Source: an uncultured Anaerolineaceae bacterium
GTDB taxonomy: Bacteria > Chloroflexota > Anaerolineae > Aggregatilineales > Phototrophicaceae
Direction of reading: 5' to 3'
DNA length: 64,000 nucleotides
NCBI GenBank assembly: GCA_964639225.1
Contig: CAZXCK010000002.1
Location: 5,507 to 69,506, forward strand
Below the pieces are notes generated by a model. It was given only the letters and a program-made list of their open reading frames with translations, was not told where the DNA came from and ran no database searches. The translations under genes were made by a program, and so were the position numbers. Shown one piece after another: positions 18,554 through 28,277 of the stretch. The stretch's first letter is position 1; each line of letters begins with the position of its first letter.

Positions 18554-20908
18554 ATGCGAGATATTATTCTGACTTTGTTCGCATTCGCAATAACTTTAAG
18601 CATCCTTATTCTGCCAGTGCCAGCCAAAGCACAGGAATCGCCAGAATGGCCGGACGCCGAGATTATCAACGATGAAGGTGGGCCAGTGGTCATCCGTGGT
18701 GAGGTCACCTACACCAACCCCTTCTTTACATCAGGTGTTGCCGCCCCCATCATCATACTTGAAGATCAGGCCGGATTTGTCGACCGTAATGAGTATTTCA
18801 TTTTCCCCCTCGAATCCCAGACGCTCGGCCAGATTACCTCGGACTTCTATACCTCGCCGTTCACATATAGCCTGGCGCTGCCCATCCAGCCGCAGGGGAC
18901 CCTGCGCGATGTAAGCCAGAGTGAAACCGGATCAACCGGTGTGATGGTGTTTGCTGTCGCTTACTGGACCAACACCTGGGGAGACCCTTTCCTTGAGGAG
19001 CGCGATATGTACGGTGGTGGCTGGTCCACTGCTTATGCTTCGACGCGAGTCTCATCGGACCCTGAGCGTCTGCGCGAAATCGTTGGTGGCAAGCTTGTCG
19101 TATATGCTCCTGACAATGAGCAGGGTTTTCCAGCCGGATTTGGTGAAGATGGCCTGCTTTTCACCGAGGACGATCCAATAGTGAGGGTACCGCGAGGCTG
19201 GACCGTTGTGGACCTGGAGACCACCCCATTCTCCTTTGATCGCAGCCGCGAACAACAGATTGACCTGCTCGAACCGGACGAATCCGCGCTGGTTGACTAC
19301 AGCGACCTGAGCTTTACTGAAGCCTTCGACAACATGGTGGATAAATTCAGCAAAGAATACGCCTTTACTGAATACTACGACATCGACTGGCAGGCGCTTA
19401 GCGACGAGTTCCGCCCCCGCTTTGAAGAAGCCCAGGCTCAGGGAAACAACAATGCATATCTCAATGCGCTGCGCGAATTTCTGTGGCGCATACCTGATGG
19501 TCATGTCGCGTTATCGCCGTTCACGCCTTTTGTTGACCAGTTCCGCAATGACATAGCGTTAGGTATTGGCCTGTCCATCCGTACCATCGATGACGGTCGC
19601 GTTCTGGTCAGCTATCTGCTGCCAGGTGGACCTGCTCAACAAGCTGGCGTTGAGCTGGGGGCCGAGATCGTCGCCCTCGCTGGCCAACCCATTGAAAATG
19701 CCATCGTCGAAACCGAACCCTGGACTCAGCCATTCAGCACGCCACACAATCGACGGCTGGAGCAGGAACGCTTTGTCACACGATTCCCGGCAGCAACCAG
19801 CTCGGTTAACCTCACGTTTCTAAACCCCGGTGACGATGAACCACAAAAGATTGCGTTGACACCAACTGCTGAGTTCGAAAGTTTCCAGAACGGTCTGCTG
19901 GTACAACCGACTGACGGTTTCGAACTCCCGGTTGAATTCCGTGTGCTGGACGGCGGCCAGGGTTATGTGACAATCAACAGCTTTTTCGACAACACGCTGC
20001 TCAGTATTCAGCTCTGGGAACGCATGATTCGTCAGATGATCGACGCCAATGTACCGGGTATTATCGTTGATCTGCGTCAGAATGGAGGCGGCAACGGCTT
20101 CCTGGCCGATCAGATGTCGGCCTATTTCTTCGAAGAAGCGATCGAACTTGGGCAAAGCGGTGCCTATAACCGCGAACTTGACGCTTTCTTCTTCGATCCG
20201 CGTGGTGTGCGCCGGCTGTATCTACCAGAAGAGAATCTACGCTACCTGGGGCCGGTTGCCGTACTGGTCGGGCCGAGCTGCGCCAGCGCCTGCGAGCGAT
20301 TCGCTTATAACATGTCGCTGAGGGATGGGGCTGAAATCGTGGGCATGTATCCAACGGCGGGCCTCGGAGGCAGTGTATCTGACTTCCGCATGCCCCTGGA
20401 TATGACAATTCGATTCACCACCGGACGCTCGGTTGATATGAGTGGCGAGATTCACATTGAGGGCATCGGCATCGCCCCTACTATTCCCGTTCCGGTCAAT
20501 GAGACGACATTGTTTGCCGACAACGATGTTGAACTGGAATATGGTATCGCTGCGCTCAGCGGTCGTACGCTGGTTCCGTCAATTGATGGCGGTCACCTTG
20601 CGCTGGGTGATGTGGTAAGCGGCACGCTTACGCCTGGCACCCGTGTTCGTTATCGCTATTCACTTGAAGGTGGTGTTAACTTCGACCTGTTCATCGAACC
20701 AGACGACGACATCACGACTATCGTCCGATTTTACGACACAGACGGCAATCTGCTGTTAAGCGATGAAGATCAGCAGCAAGCCAACAGTGGTGGCTCCGCC
20801 TTTTTCAGTATGGGAGCACCAACAGACATGGAATTGATTATAGAAATCGCCAGCTTCGCGGATGATGCCAACGCCAACTTCACATTACGCCTGCTGCCTG
20901 CCGAATGA
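18554..20908 (+). CDS. Secreted S41-family (tail-specific/C-terminal processing) peptidase with PDZ domain and a C-terminal beta-rich domain
   Basis: Signal/anchor ILTLFAFAITLSILILPVPAKA, PDZ-like GIGLSIRTIDDGRVLVSYLLPGGPAQQAGVELGAEIVAL, and S41 core IIVDLRQNGGGNG with VLVGPSCASACE. The ATG at 18554 was chosen; the ORF track start is 18503. Confidence 0.8.
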   Translation: MRDIILTLFAFAITLSILILPVPAKAQESPEWPDAEIINDEGGPVVIRGEVTYTNPFFTSGVAAPIIILEDQAGFVDRNEYFIFPLESQTLGQITSDFYTSPFTYSLALPIQPQGTLRDVSQSETGSTGVMVFAVAYWTNTWGDPFLEERDMYGGGWSTAYASTRVSSDPERLREIVGGKLVVYAPDNEQGFPAGFGEDGLLFTEDDPIVRVPRGWTVVDLETTPFSFDRSREQQIDLLEPDESALVDYSDLSFTEAFDNMVDKFSKEYAFTEYYDIDWQALSDEFRPRFEEAQAQGNNNAYLNALREFLWRIPDGHVALSPFTPFVDQFRNDIALGIGLSIRTIDDGRVLVSYLLPGGPAQQAGVELGAEIVALAGQPIENAIVETEPWTQPFSTPHNRRLEQERFVTRFPAATSSVNLTFLNPGDDEPQKIALTPTAEFESFQNGLLVQPTDGFELPVEFRVLDGGQGYVTINSFFDNTLLSIQLWERMIRQMIDANVPGIIVDLRQNGGGNGFLADQMSAYFFEEAIELGQSGAYNRELDAFFFDPRGVRRLYLPEENLRYLGPVAVLVGPSCASACERFAYNMSLRDGAEIVGMYPTAGLGGSVSDFRMPLDMTIRFTTGRSVDMSGEIHIEGIGIAPTIPVPVNETTLFADNDVELEYGIAALSGRTLVPSIDGGHLALGDVVSGTLTPGTRVRYRYSLEGGVNFDLFIEPDDDITTIVRFYDTDGNLLLSDEDQQQANSGGSAFFSMGAPTDMELIIEIASFADDANANFTLRLLPAE

Positions 20909-21005
20909 AAGAAACCGTAAAAATGGCGAAAAAACAGTAAATGCGGTATATACATGACTATACAACAGTTAGCTGCCTTTTTGCAGTTGTCGCTGTCGTA
21001 CAATC

Positions 21006-21365
21006 ATGGTTATGGAATCGAAAATGATACAGGTCAACATAGAAAATATGGGCGACGTCACAATTATTGAACTGGCCGGTGAACTCGACTCCACTTCTGC
21101 GCCGCAAATCCAGGAACAGATTTTGAGTGTCGCCGGGCATGGCGGGAAAATCCTGCTGGACATGTCAAAAGTGACTTATATGTCCAGTGCCGGCCTGCGT
21201 ATTCTGCTGCTCATGTATCGCAGGATCAACGAAAGTGAAAACGTAGGCGAGATCGTGCTGGCCGGACTGAACGACGAACTACAGGACATTATGGCAATAA
21301 CCGGATTTCTCGACTTTTTCATTACTGTCGAGGATCGCAGTGCGGCGTTACGAGTCTGGAACTGA
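21006..21365 (+). CDS. STAS-domain anti-sigma-factor antagonist
   Basis: ILLDMSKVTYMSSAGLRILL and LQDIMAITGFLDFF are typical of SpoIIAA/RsbV-like proteins. Confidence 0.8.
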   Translation: MVMESKMIQVNIENMGDVTIIELAGELDSTSAPQIQEQILSVAGHGGKILLDMSKVTYMSSAGLRILLLMYRRINESENVGEIVLAGLNDELQDIMAITGFLDFFITVEDRSAALRVWN

Positions 21366-21368
21366 TTC

Positions 21369-23489
21369 TTGACGATGCAGCGCCGTATCGATACCGAACC
21401 GACCCATTCTTATGGTAATTATCGCATGCGTATCGGTCGCCCGATTCCGCTGGGCGCGACCATTACCCCGGAAGGCATCAATTTCGCCATTTTTTCGCGG
21501 TATGCTTACGACTGCACCCTGGTTTTGTATGAGGTCGGCGCGCCCTACCCCATAGCCGAAATTCCATTCCCAAAAGAGTTCCGCGTCGGCCATGTATTTA
21601 CCATGATTGTATTCGGTCTGAACCACGAGCAGATCGAATATGGCTTTCGTATGAACGGCCCGTATATTCCGCACGAAGGTCATCGCTTCGACGCCAGCAA
21701 AGTGCTACTTGACCCTTACGCTAAAGTCATAAACGGGCGCAATATCTGGGGACAGCCCACCGCTGGCACCGACGATTACCCGTTTCGAGGATGGTCCATT
21801 CTCGACGATTATGACTGGGGCACCGATCGTCCGCCACAAATCCCCATCGAAGACCTGGTCATCTATGAGATGCATGTGCGTGGTTTTACGCAGCATCCAT
21901 CTGCGGAAGTCAAGTACCCGGGCACGTTTGCCGCTATCCGAGAGAAAATACCCTATCTCAAATCGTTGGGTATCAACGCCATTGAGTTGCTGCCAGTTTT
22001 TGAATTTGATGAACTCGAAAACGACCGCCGCAATCCCCTGACCGGTGAGCCGTTGCTTAATTACTGGGGCTACAGCACGATTGGCTTTTTCGCACCCAAA
22101 GCGGGGTATGCGGCAACTGGCCGTTACGGCATGCAGGTCGATGAGTTCAAAACACTCATCAAAGAGCTGCATCGCAATGGCATCGAGGTCATCCTCGATG
22201 TGGTCTTTAACCATACAGCAGAAGGCAACGAAAAAGGCCGTACGCTGTCTTTCCGGGGTATCGACAACAAGACCTATTACATGCTGGGACCAGATGGCCG
22301 CTATCTGAATTTCAGCGGGACTGGCAACACGATGAACTGCAACAATCCAGTGGTGCGCAGCATGGTCCTGGATTGCCTGCGCTACTGGGTAGCAGAGTAT
22401 CATATCGATGGTTTCCGCTTCGACCTCGCCTCCATCCTGGGCCGCGATCAGAATGGTTTTCCACTGGCAAATCCACCCCTGCTTGAAGCGCTGGCTCACG
22501 ATCCGGTACTGGCAAACTGTAAACTGATCGCCGAAGCCTGGGACGCCGGCGGCATGTACCAGGTTGGCAGTTTCCCAGCATATGGTCGCTGGGCCGAGTG
22601 GAACGGTCGCTACCGCGATAGCATGCGGCGCTTTCTCAAAGGCGACCCTGGCCTGACGTGGGAAGCCGCTGAACGCATCCAGGGTTCACCCGATCTGTAT
22701 GGCGAGCGCGGCGCTGCCGCCTCCATCAACTTTATTACATCCCATGATGGATTCACACTCGCAGACCTGTACACCTACAACAACAAGCACAACACGGCCA
22801 ACGGCGAGGACAACCGCGACGGGGATAACAACAACAATAGCTGGAACTGTGGTGTTGAGGGGCCAACGAATGACCAGGCGGTGACCGCGCTGCGCCGCCG
22901 AATGATCCAGAACGCCATCGCTGTACTGATGGTCAGTCGGGGTATTCCCATGCTGCTGATGGGCGACGAGATGGGTCGCAGCCAACAAGGCAACAACAAT
23001 GCCTACTGCCACGACAGCGAGCTAACCTGGCTGGACTGGTCTCTACTCAGGCAGAACGCTGACATGGTCGAGTTCACCCGCAATTGTATCGCCTTTCGTC
23101 ACGCCCATCCTGTTCTGCGCAGCCCACGACATTTCGTCCACCGGGACATCGCCGGCAGTGGTTACGCAGATATCACCTGGCATGGCACCCGCGCCTGGCA
23201 CGCCGACTGGGCCGACTATGTGCGCACGCTGGCCTTTATGCTATGCGGTGAGCATGTACCCGACGATCAGCAGCCCGACGATTACATCTACGTTGCTCTG
23301 AATATGCACTGGGAGCACCACGTCTTCGAGCTGCCCAACCTGCCAGAAGGCATGTACTGGCATCGATTCGTTAACACCAGCGAACATGAACCACTCAAAA
23401 CCTGCCCCCCAGGAAACGAACCATACCTGGACGATCAGCACTATCATTTGCTGGGCGCGCGGTCGGTTGCTATTCTGGTAGGCAGGTAA
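21369..23489 (+). CDS. glgX: Glycogen debranching enzyme (isoamylase, GH13)
   Basis: GH13 conserved regions DVVFNHT, GFRFDLASIL, AEAWD and FITSHDGFTL. TTG at 21369 or ATG at 21375, 3-9 nt after the STAS gene stop. Confidence 0.9.
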   Translation: MTMQRRIDTEPTHSYGNYRMRIGRPIPLGATITPEGINFAIFSRYAYDCTLVLYEVGAPYPIAEIPFPKEFRVGHVFTMIVFGLNHEQIEYGFRMNGPYIPHEGHRFDASKVLLDPYAKVINGRNIWGQPTAGTDDYPFRGWSILDDYDWGTDRPPQIPIEDLVIYEMHVRGFTQHPSAEVKYPGTFAAIREKIPYLKSLGINAIELLPVFEFDELENDRRNPLTGEPLLNYWGYSTIGFFAPKAGYAATGRYGMQVDEFKTLIKELHRNGIEVILDVVFNHTAEGNEKGRTLSFRGIDNKTYYMLGPDGRYLNFSGTGNTMNCNNPVVRSMVLDCLRYWVAEYHIDGFRFDLASILGRDQNGFPLANPPLLEALAHDPVLANCKLIAEAWDAGGMYQVGSFPAYGRWAEWNGRYRDSMRRFLKGDPGLTWEAAERIQGSPDLYGERGAAASINFITSHDGFTLADLYTYNNKHNTANGEDNRDGDNNNNSWNCGVEGPTNDQAVTALRRRMIQNAIAVLMVSRGIPMLLMGDEMGRSQQGNNNAYCHDSELTWLDWSLLRQNADMVEFTRNCIAFRHAHPVLRSPRHFVHRDIAGSGYADITWHGTRAWHADWADYVRTLAFMLCGEHVPDDQQPDDYIYVALNMHWEHHVFELPNLPEGMYWHRFVNTSEHEPLKTCPPGNEPYLDDQHYHLLGARSVAILVGR

Positions 23490-23511
23490 AGGTCGCAACC
23501 TGTCAAAAAAA

Positions 23512-23546
23512 CAGGGATGTGCCAAGACTGGCACATCCCTGTTTTT
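23512..23546. terminator. Bidirectional rho-independent terminator between convergent glgX and gpmI
   Basis: Perfect 13-bp stem CAGGGATGTGCCA / TGGCACATCCCTG with loop AGAC. Flanked by an A7 run upstream and T5 downstream. Confidence 0.75.
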
Positions 23547-23566
23547 GTATTGATATACCGGGACGA

Positions 23567-25102
23567 TCAGGCACCTGTATGATCGAGCAGACTCTTACCA
23601 GTCATCTCGGACGGTTGCTCCAATCCCAGGAGTTCAAGCACTGTTGGCGCTACATCAGCCAGCTTGCCACGTGTAACCAGGCCGTGATACTCGTGGCCAA
23701 CAATGAAAAGATTGACCGGCCCCACCGTATGGTAAGTATGTGAATCCCCGGTGATCTCGTTAATCATACGCTCGCAGTTGCCGTGATCGGCGGTGACAAC
23801 TGCTACACCACCTTTTTCGAGAACTTTTTCAACCAGTCTGCCGCAGCATTCATCGACAGCTTCAACCGCTTTGATGGCCGCTTCCAATACGCCAGTGTGT
23901 CCCACCATATCAGGATTGGCGAAGTTAATCAGCAAGAAGTCATCGTCATGCTCGTTAAGGCGGTTGAGCGTAGCGTCGGTGAGTTCGTATGCGCTCATCT
24001 CTGGTTTGAGATCGTATGTAGCGACCTTGGGTGACGGAACAATCTTTCGATCTTCTCCGGGGAACACTTCCTCACGACGTCCATTGAAGAAGAATGTCAC
24101 GTGGGGGTATTTTTCCGTCTCGGCAGAGTGATACTGCTTCAAACCTGCGCTGCTGATAACCTCAGCAAGTGTGTTGACCAGGTATTCTGGCGGGAACAAC
24201 ACCGTCACCGGCAAACCGTCGATATAGTTGGTGAATGTGACGATATTCAACCCGTCGATAAACTCGAACTGGTCAGCACCGTCAAACTCCTGCAGGGCGA
24301 ATGCCTGCACGATCTGCCGCATACGGTCTGCCCGAAAGTTGTAGAACACCAGCGTATCACCGGACTTAACGCGCAGGCTGTCGTCATCGCCAATCACCAC
24401 TGGCACGATGAATTCATCTGTCACACCATTTTCATAGGAATTACGGATCGCCTCTCTGGCAGTAGCGGCCCTGTCACCTTCCCGCTGGACCATCGCATCC
24501 CAGGCCTTGCGTGTGCGCTCCCATCGCTTATCGCGGTCCATCGCATAGTAGCGCCCGCTGACCGTCGCAATCTGGCCGACGCCAATTTCCTCAATTTTGT
24601 CCTCGAGTGTTTTGAGAAAGCCTATACCGCTGTTAGTGGCCGTATCACGACCATCGGTAATGACATGCACAACCGGATTAACACCCTGCTCTCTGGCGAT
24701 TTCCAGAAGCGCGAACAGATGCTTTTCGTGACTATGCACACCACCCGGACCCAACAGGCCAACCAGATGCACGTCACCGTTGCTGGCTTTCGCCTTGTTG
24801 ATAGCATCCAGCAATCCGTCATGCTCGGCCAGAGACCCGTCTTCAATCGCCATGTCGATACGGGCAATATCCTGATAGACAACACGTCCGGCACCGAGAT
24901 TCAGATGCCCCACCTCAGAATTACCCATCTGACCGGGCACCAATCCAACGTGCTCACCAAACGTATCAATGATGGACTTCTCACAAGTCCGCAGCCAGCG
25001 ATCGTAATTGGGTGTATTTGCCAGCACAACCGCGTTGCCGTGTTCCATATCACGGATACCCCAACCGTCCAGAATGACCAGCATAACCGGCTTGTTAGCC
25101 AT
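23567..25102 (-). CDS. gpmI: 2,3-bisphosphoglycerate-independent phosphoglycerate mutase
   Basis: MLVILDGWG, the catalytic-Ser region GNSEVGHLNLGAGR, and ADHGN near the C-terminus. The ATG at 25102 was chosen. Confidence 0.9.
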   Translation of the reverse strand: MANKPVMLVILDGWGIRDMEHGNAVVLANTPNYDRWLRTCEKSIIDTFGEHVGLVPGQMGNSEVGHLNLGAGRVVYQDIARIDMAIEDGSLAEHDGLLDAINKAKASNGDVHLVGLLGPGGVHSHEKHLFALLEIAREQGVNPVVHVITDGRDTATNSGIGFLKTLEDKIEEIGVGQIATVSGRYYAMDRDKRWERTRKAWDAMVQREGDRAATAREAIRNSYENGVTDEFIVPVVIGDDDSLRVKSGDTLVFYNFRADRMRQIVQAFALQEFDGADQFEFIDGLNIVTFTNYIDGLPVTVLFPPEYLVNTLAEVISSAGLKQYHSAETEKYPHVTFFFNGRREEVFPGEDRKIVPSPKVATYDLKPEMSAYELTDATLNRLNEHDDDFLLINFANPDMVGHTGVLEAAIKAVEAVDECCGRLVEKVLEKGGVAVVTADHGNCERMINEITGDSHTYHTVGPVNLFIVGHEYHGLVTRGKLADVAPTVLELLGLEQPSEMTGKSLLDHTGA

Positions 25103-25178
25103 AAACATGCTCCTTAAGCATATGCGTTGATCCAGGTCGAATACAGAGGAGTCACCCCTGCTCAATTAGTAACACCGG

Positions 25179-26477
25179 ATGGCCACGCTTACAAGGGAGT
25201 CTGCATTGACCCGCACCCAAATCTCTGACATACTTCAGGTCATGGCAAACCAGCACGCATCCCAACCCCTTGCAGACCGTCTGCGCCCGGGAACCCTGGA
25301 CGAGTTCATCGGTCAGCGCCATCTGGTCGCGCCGGGTAAGCCCATCTACCAGGCTATTCATCAGGGCAGCCTGCACTCAATGATCTTCTGGGGACCGCCT
25401 GGTGTGGGTAAAACGACTCTGGCCCGGCTCATCGCCCAGCAAACCGGGATGCGGTTTGTTGCCCTGTCGGCAGTTTCTGCCAGCAAAGATGATATTCGCC
25501 GGATCGTTAACGCCGGTGACAATACCACCCCGATGGAACGTCTGCTCGACAAGCAATCCGGCCAGCAACAAGCTGGTACACTGCTTTTTCTGGACGAGAT
25601 TCACCGTTTCAACAAAGCCCAGCAGGACTTTCTGCTGCCTTACGTCGAAGATGGTACCATCACGCTCATCGGCGCGACCACCGAGAATCCCAGTTTTGAG
25701 GTTATCGCGGCACTGCTGTCACGCTCGCGTGTATACGTACTGGAATCCCTCAGCGAAGATGACATCCGGCAGATCGTCATGCGAGGGGCACAGGTGCTTG
25801 ACATCCGTATCGATGATGAGGCATTGGACTTTCTAACCGCATTTGCCAATGGCGATGGCCGGCAGGCGCTCAACCTGCTGGAGACGACCAGCAAACTGTA
25901 CACTTCAGCCGATCAGCGAACCATTATGCTGGAACATGTCCGCGATGCGCTGCAATCCAAACACCTTCGCTACGACAAAGCCCAGGAAGAACACTACGAC
26001 ACCATCAGCGCCTATATCAAAAGTATGCGCGCCAGCGACATCGACGCCGCGCTTTACTACCTGGCGCGCATGGTCGCCAGCGGAGAAGACCCCAAATTCA
26101 TCGCGCGGCGCATGGTTATCTTCGCCAGCGAAGATATCGGTATGGCTCAACCCACCGCGCTGGTTGTCGCCAATGAAGTCTTTCGTGCAGTCGAGACCAT
26201 CGGCTACCCCGAATGCCAGATTAACCTGGCGCATGGGACCGTCTATATGGCTCAGGCCCCTAAAGATCGTTCTGCCTGTGACTCGTTCTTCAAAGCGCTG
26301 GAAGATGTCAATCGGCACGGCAATCTACCAATCCCGCTTCAGCTTCGCAACGCGCCCACTGGTCTGATGCGCGACATGGGCTATGGCAAAGGCTACGACG
26401 CCTATACCGAAGACAGCCTGCTGCCGGAGAAAATCCGGGGGCGCTCATATTACCCGAAAGCCACTCCAAGAAGCTGA
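25179..26477 (+). CDS. rarA: Replication-associated recombination protein A (AAA+ ATPase)
   Basis: Walker A GPPGVGKTTLA, Walker B LFLDEIHRFNK, and the C-terminal MgsA region YDTISAYIKSMRASD. Alternative start at 25242. Confidence 0.9.
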   Translation: MATLTRESALTRTQISDILQVMANQHASQPLADRLRPGTLDEFIGQRHLVAPGKPIYQAIHQGSLHSMIFWGPPGVGKTTLARLIAQQTGMRFVALSAVSASKDDIRRIVNAGDNTTPMERLLDKQSGQQQAGTLLFLDEIHRFNKAQQDFLLPYVEDGTITLIGATTENPSFEVIAALLSRSRVYVLESLSEDDIRQIVMRGAQVLDIRIDDEALDFLTAFANGDGRQALNLLETTSKLYTSADQRTIMLEHVRDALQSKHLRYDKAQEEHYDTISAYIKSMRASDIDAALYYLARMVASGEDPKFIARRMVIFASEDIGMAQPTALVVANEVFRAVETIGYPECQINLAHGTVYMAQAPKDRSACDSFFKALEDVNRHGNLPIPLQLRNAPTGLMRDMGYGKGYDAYTEDSLLPEKIRGRSYYPKATPRS

Positions 26478-26484
26478 ACACGAT

Positions 26485-27177
26485 ATGGCTGACTTGTCTG
26501 ATACGCTTCAGGCCCCCCCACCCTGGCAGCTCACCGGCTCAGGGACCATTCTGCTGTTCCGATTCCCACGCGATTTTGTCATTCAACATGGATGTATACC
26601 TTCGTTTCTGACCGGTCGTTACCGGGGCGGTCTGGGTGCGGTTATGCTGGTTGATTATTTCACATCACCAGTTGGGCCTTATCGAGAAGCATTACTCATT
26701 CCCGGTACATTTCGCCACGCAAAGAAGAATTACTACTCGATCACCCAGATAGCCGTCTCCACACTGGCGAGCGTGGTCAATGGCCGCCAGAACTGGGGCA
26801 TTCCCAAAACACTGGCCAACTTTGATGTCGAAACGCTGCCCAACGGCACTCAGCATTTCGCTATGCACGTCGATAACCAGCCAGCACTGGACATCGCAAC
26901 CCGCACACGCGGGCCGCAGCTACCGTTTAACACGCGCTGGTTGCCATTTCGTCCCACCATCATCCAGCAGCGCGATGATGGTCAACTGCTGACCACTGCA
27001 CCATTTGGTAAGGGGCGCGTCCAACTGGCACAACTGGACCATATAACCGTAAACCCCGACCAGTTCCCGGATTTCAGCGAACTGCGGCCTGTCGGCGTGG
27101 TACGGGCGACACAATTCGAGTTGACGTTTCCCCTACCGGCAACAATTCCCAATGGAGCGGAAGATGCAGATCGGTAA
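26485..27177 (+). CDS. Hypothetical protein, possibly acetoacetate decarboxylase (ADC)-like fold
   Basis: The N-terminal PPPWQLTGSGTILLFRF pattern and the ~230 aa size are reminiscent of ADC-family proteins. The assignment is weak. ATG at 26485 lies 7 nt after the rarA stop. Confidence 0.4.
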   Translation: MADLSDTLQAPPPWQLTGSGTILLFRFPRDFVIQHGCIPSFLTGRYRGGLGAVMLVDYFTSPVGPYREALLIPGTFRHAKKNYYSITQIAVSTLASVVNGRQNWGIPKTLANFDVETLPNGTQHFAMHVDNQPALDIATRTRGPQLPFNTRWLPFRPTIIQQRDDGQLLTTAPFGKGRVQLAQLDHITVNPDQFPDFSELRPVGVVRATQFELTFPLPATIPNGAEDADR

Positions 27178-27931
27178 CCGGCGCAGTGTCATTACCGGTG
27201 CAGCGTCAGGCATTGGCTGGGCGCTGCTTGAGCAACTCGCCAGTCAGCCCGGTCAAATCATCGCTGTAGATCGCGCCAATATCGACCTGAGCGTGCTCAA
27301 ACGGTCGGTCGCCAATATCCATACATTCAAAGCTGATCTCAGTCAGCCACAGGAAATCGACACCGTATTCGCCTTTGCTCAGGAAGTGATGGGCGGGCTG
27401 AACACATTCTTCGCCAATGCTGGTTTCGCCTACTACGAGACCGTAAAACCGGACTGGCAGCGTGTACGCGACCTGTACGAAGTCAACGTGTTTTCACCGC
27501 TTTACACGCTGGCAAAAATGGCGCAGATCAACCACCAACAACCCTACGCAGTGATCATCACAGCTTCAGCGATGGCCCATACCGCTCTGCCCGGTTATGC
27601 GCATTATGCCGCAACCAAAGCGGCCCTGCATCGCTTCGCTGAAGCTTATCGCTACGAAATGCCAGAAAATGGCCATCTGATGCTGGTGTATCCTATCGCA
27701 ACCCGCACACGCTTTTTTGCCAGTGCTGCCAACAGCGCACCTGTGGTTTACCCGATACAGACACCCGATTATGTCGCCGGACGGATAATTGCAGGCCTGC
27801 AAAAGGGTAAGAAGCGCGTCTATCCATCGACACTATACCGGGCCATGTACACGCTGCCACTGATGGAAAGACTTTACCAGATTTATGCAAACTGGCAGTT
27901 CCGTCAATGGATTAAGCATCAGAAAGCCTGA
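27164..27931 (+). CDS. Short-chain dehydrogenase/reductase (SDR) family oxidoreductase
   Basis: TGAASGIGWA (TGxxxGxG) and YAATKAAL (YxxxK). It overlaps the preceding gene by 14 nt (26 nt if the start is 27152). Confidence 0.8.
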   Translation: MQIGNRRSVITGAASGIGWALLEQLASQPGQIIAVDRANIDLSVLKRSVANIHTFKADLSQPQEIDTVFAFAQEVMGGLNTFFANAGFAYYETVKPDWQRVRDLYEVNVFSPLYTLAKMAQINHQQPYAVIITASAMAHTALPGYAHYAATKAALHRFAEAYRYEMPENGHLMLVYPIATRTRFFASAANSAPVVYPIQTPDYVAGRIIAGLQKGKKRVYPSTLYRAMYTLPLMERLYQIYANWQFRQWIKHQKA

Positions 27932-27962
27932 ATTGATGATAAACTCTTAGCAGTCGGGGCAT

Positions 27963-28268
27963 GTGAGCTGCAAGAAGTCATCCGACTGCCATCATAGATT
28001 ATTGCAATCAACAACATCAGGAGCGTATTCATTGCACATCTGGCGTCTGGCATGGAGCCGATTCAATCTGATTGCATCCGTTATTGGCGATGTCCAGGGG
28101 CGGGGTCTGGTGATGCTGTTCTACTTCACCATCCTCGTGCCCTTCGCTCTGATCTCCCGTTTCACCAGCGATCATCTGCGCCTTCGGTCATTTCACACCG
28201 ATCAACCCAAATGGCTGGACCGCCCACCGACCGATGACAATCTCGACTCGGCCCGAGAGCAAGGTTGA
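27963..28268 (+). CDS. Small membrane protein, SxtJ-family-like
   Basis: WSRFNLIASVIGDVQGRGLVMLFYFTILVPFALISRF resembles, from memory, the C-terminal part of SxtJ-family proteins that accompany this carbamoyltransferase type. The GTG start is uncertain. Confidence 0.4.
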   Translation: MSCKKSSDCHHRLLQSTTSGAYSLHIWRLAWSRFNLIASVIGDVQGRGLVMLFYFTILVPFALISRFTSDHLRLRSFHTDQPKWLDRPPTDDNLDSAREQG

Positions 28269-28277
28269 CGAAGCCTC

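Noticed and set aside
20981-21004. TTGCAG ... TACAAT promoter-like hexamers upstream of the STAS gene
   Set aside because: The spacer is only 12 nt and the -10 would end 1 nt before the ATG at 21006. The geometry is not plausible.
24101-25117. 338-aa ORF antisense to gpmI. Similar long antisense ORFs occur at 21705-22499 (glgX), 45756-46589 (HK2), 60048-60884 (GH gene), 62254-63051 (coiled-coil gene), 15701-16342 and 16775-17263 (STAND gene), and 5086-5769 (nuoCD/nuoB).
   Set aside because: All are nested opposite genes with strong family signatures. They have biased low-complexity composition and lack motifs or plausible RBS/start context. I treat them as shadow ORFs.
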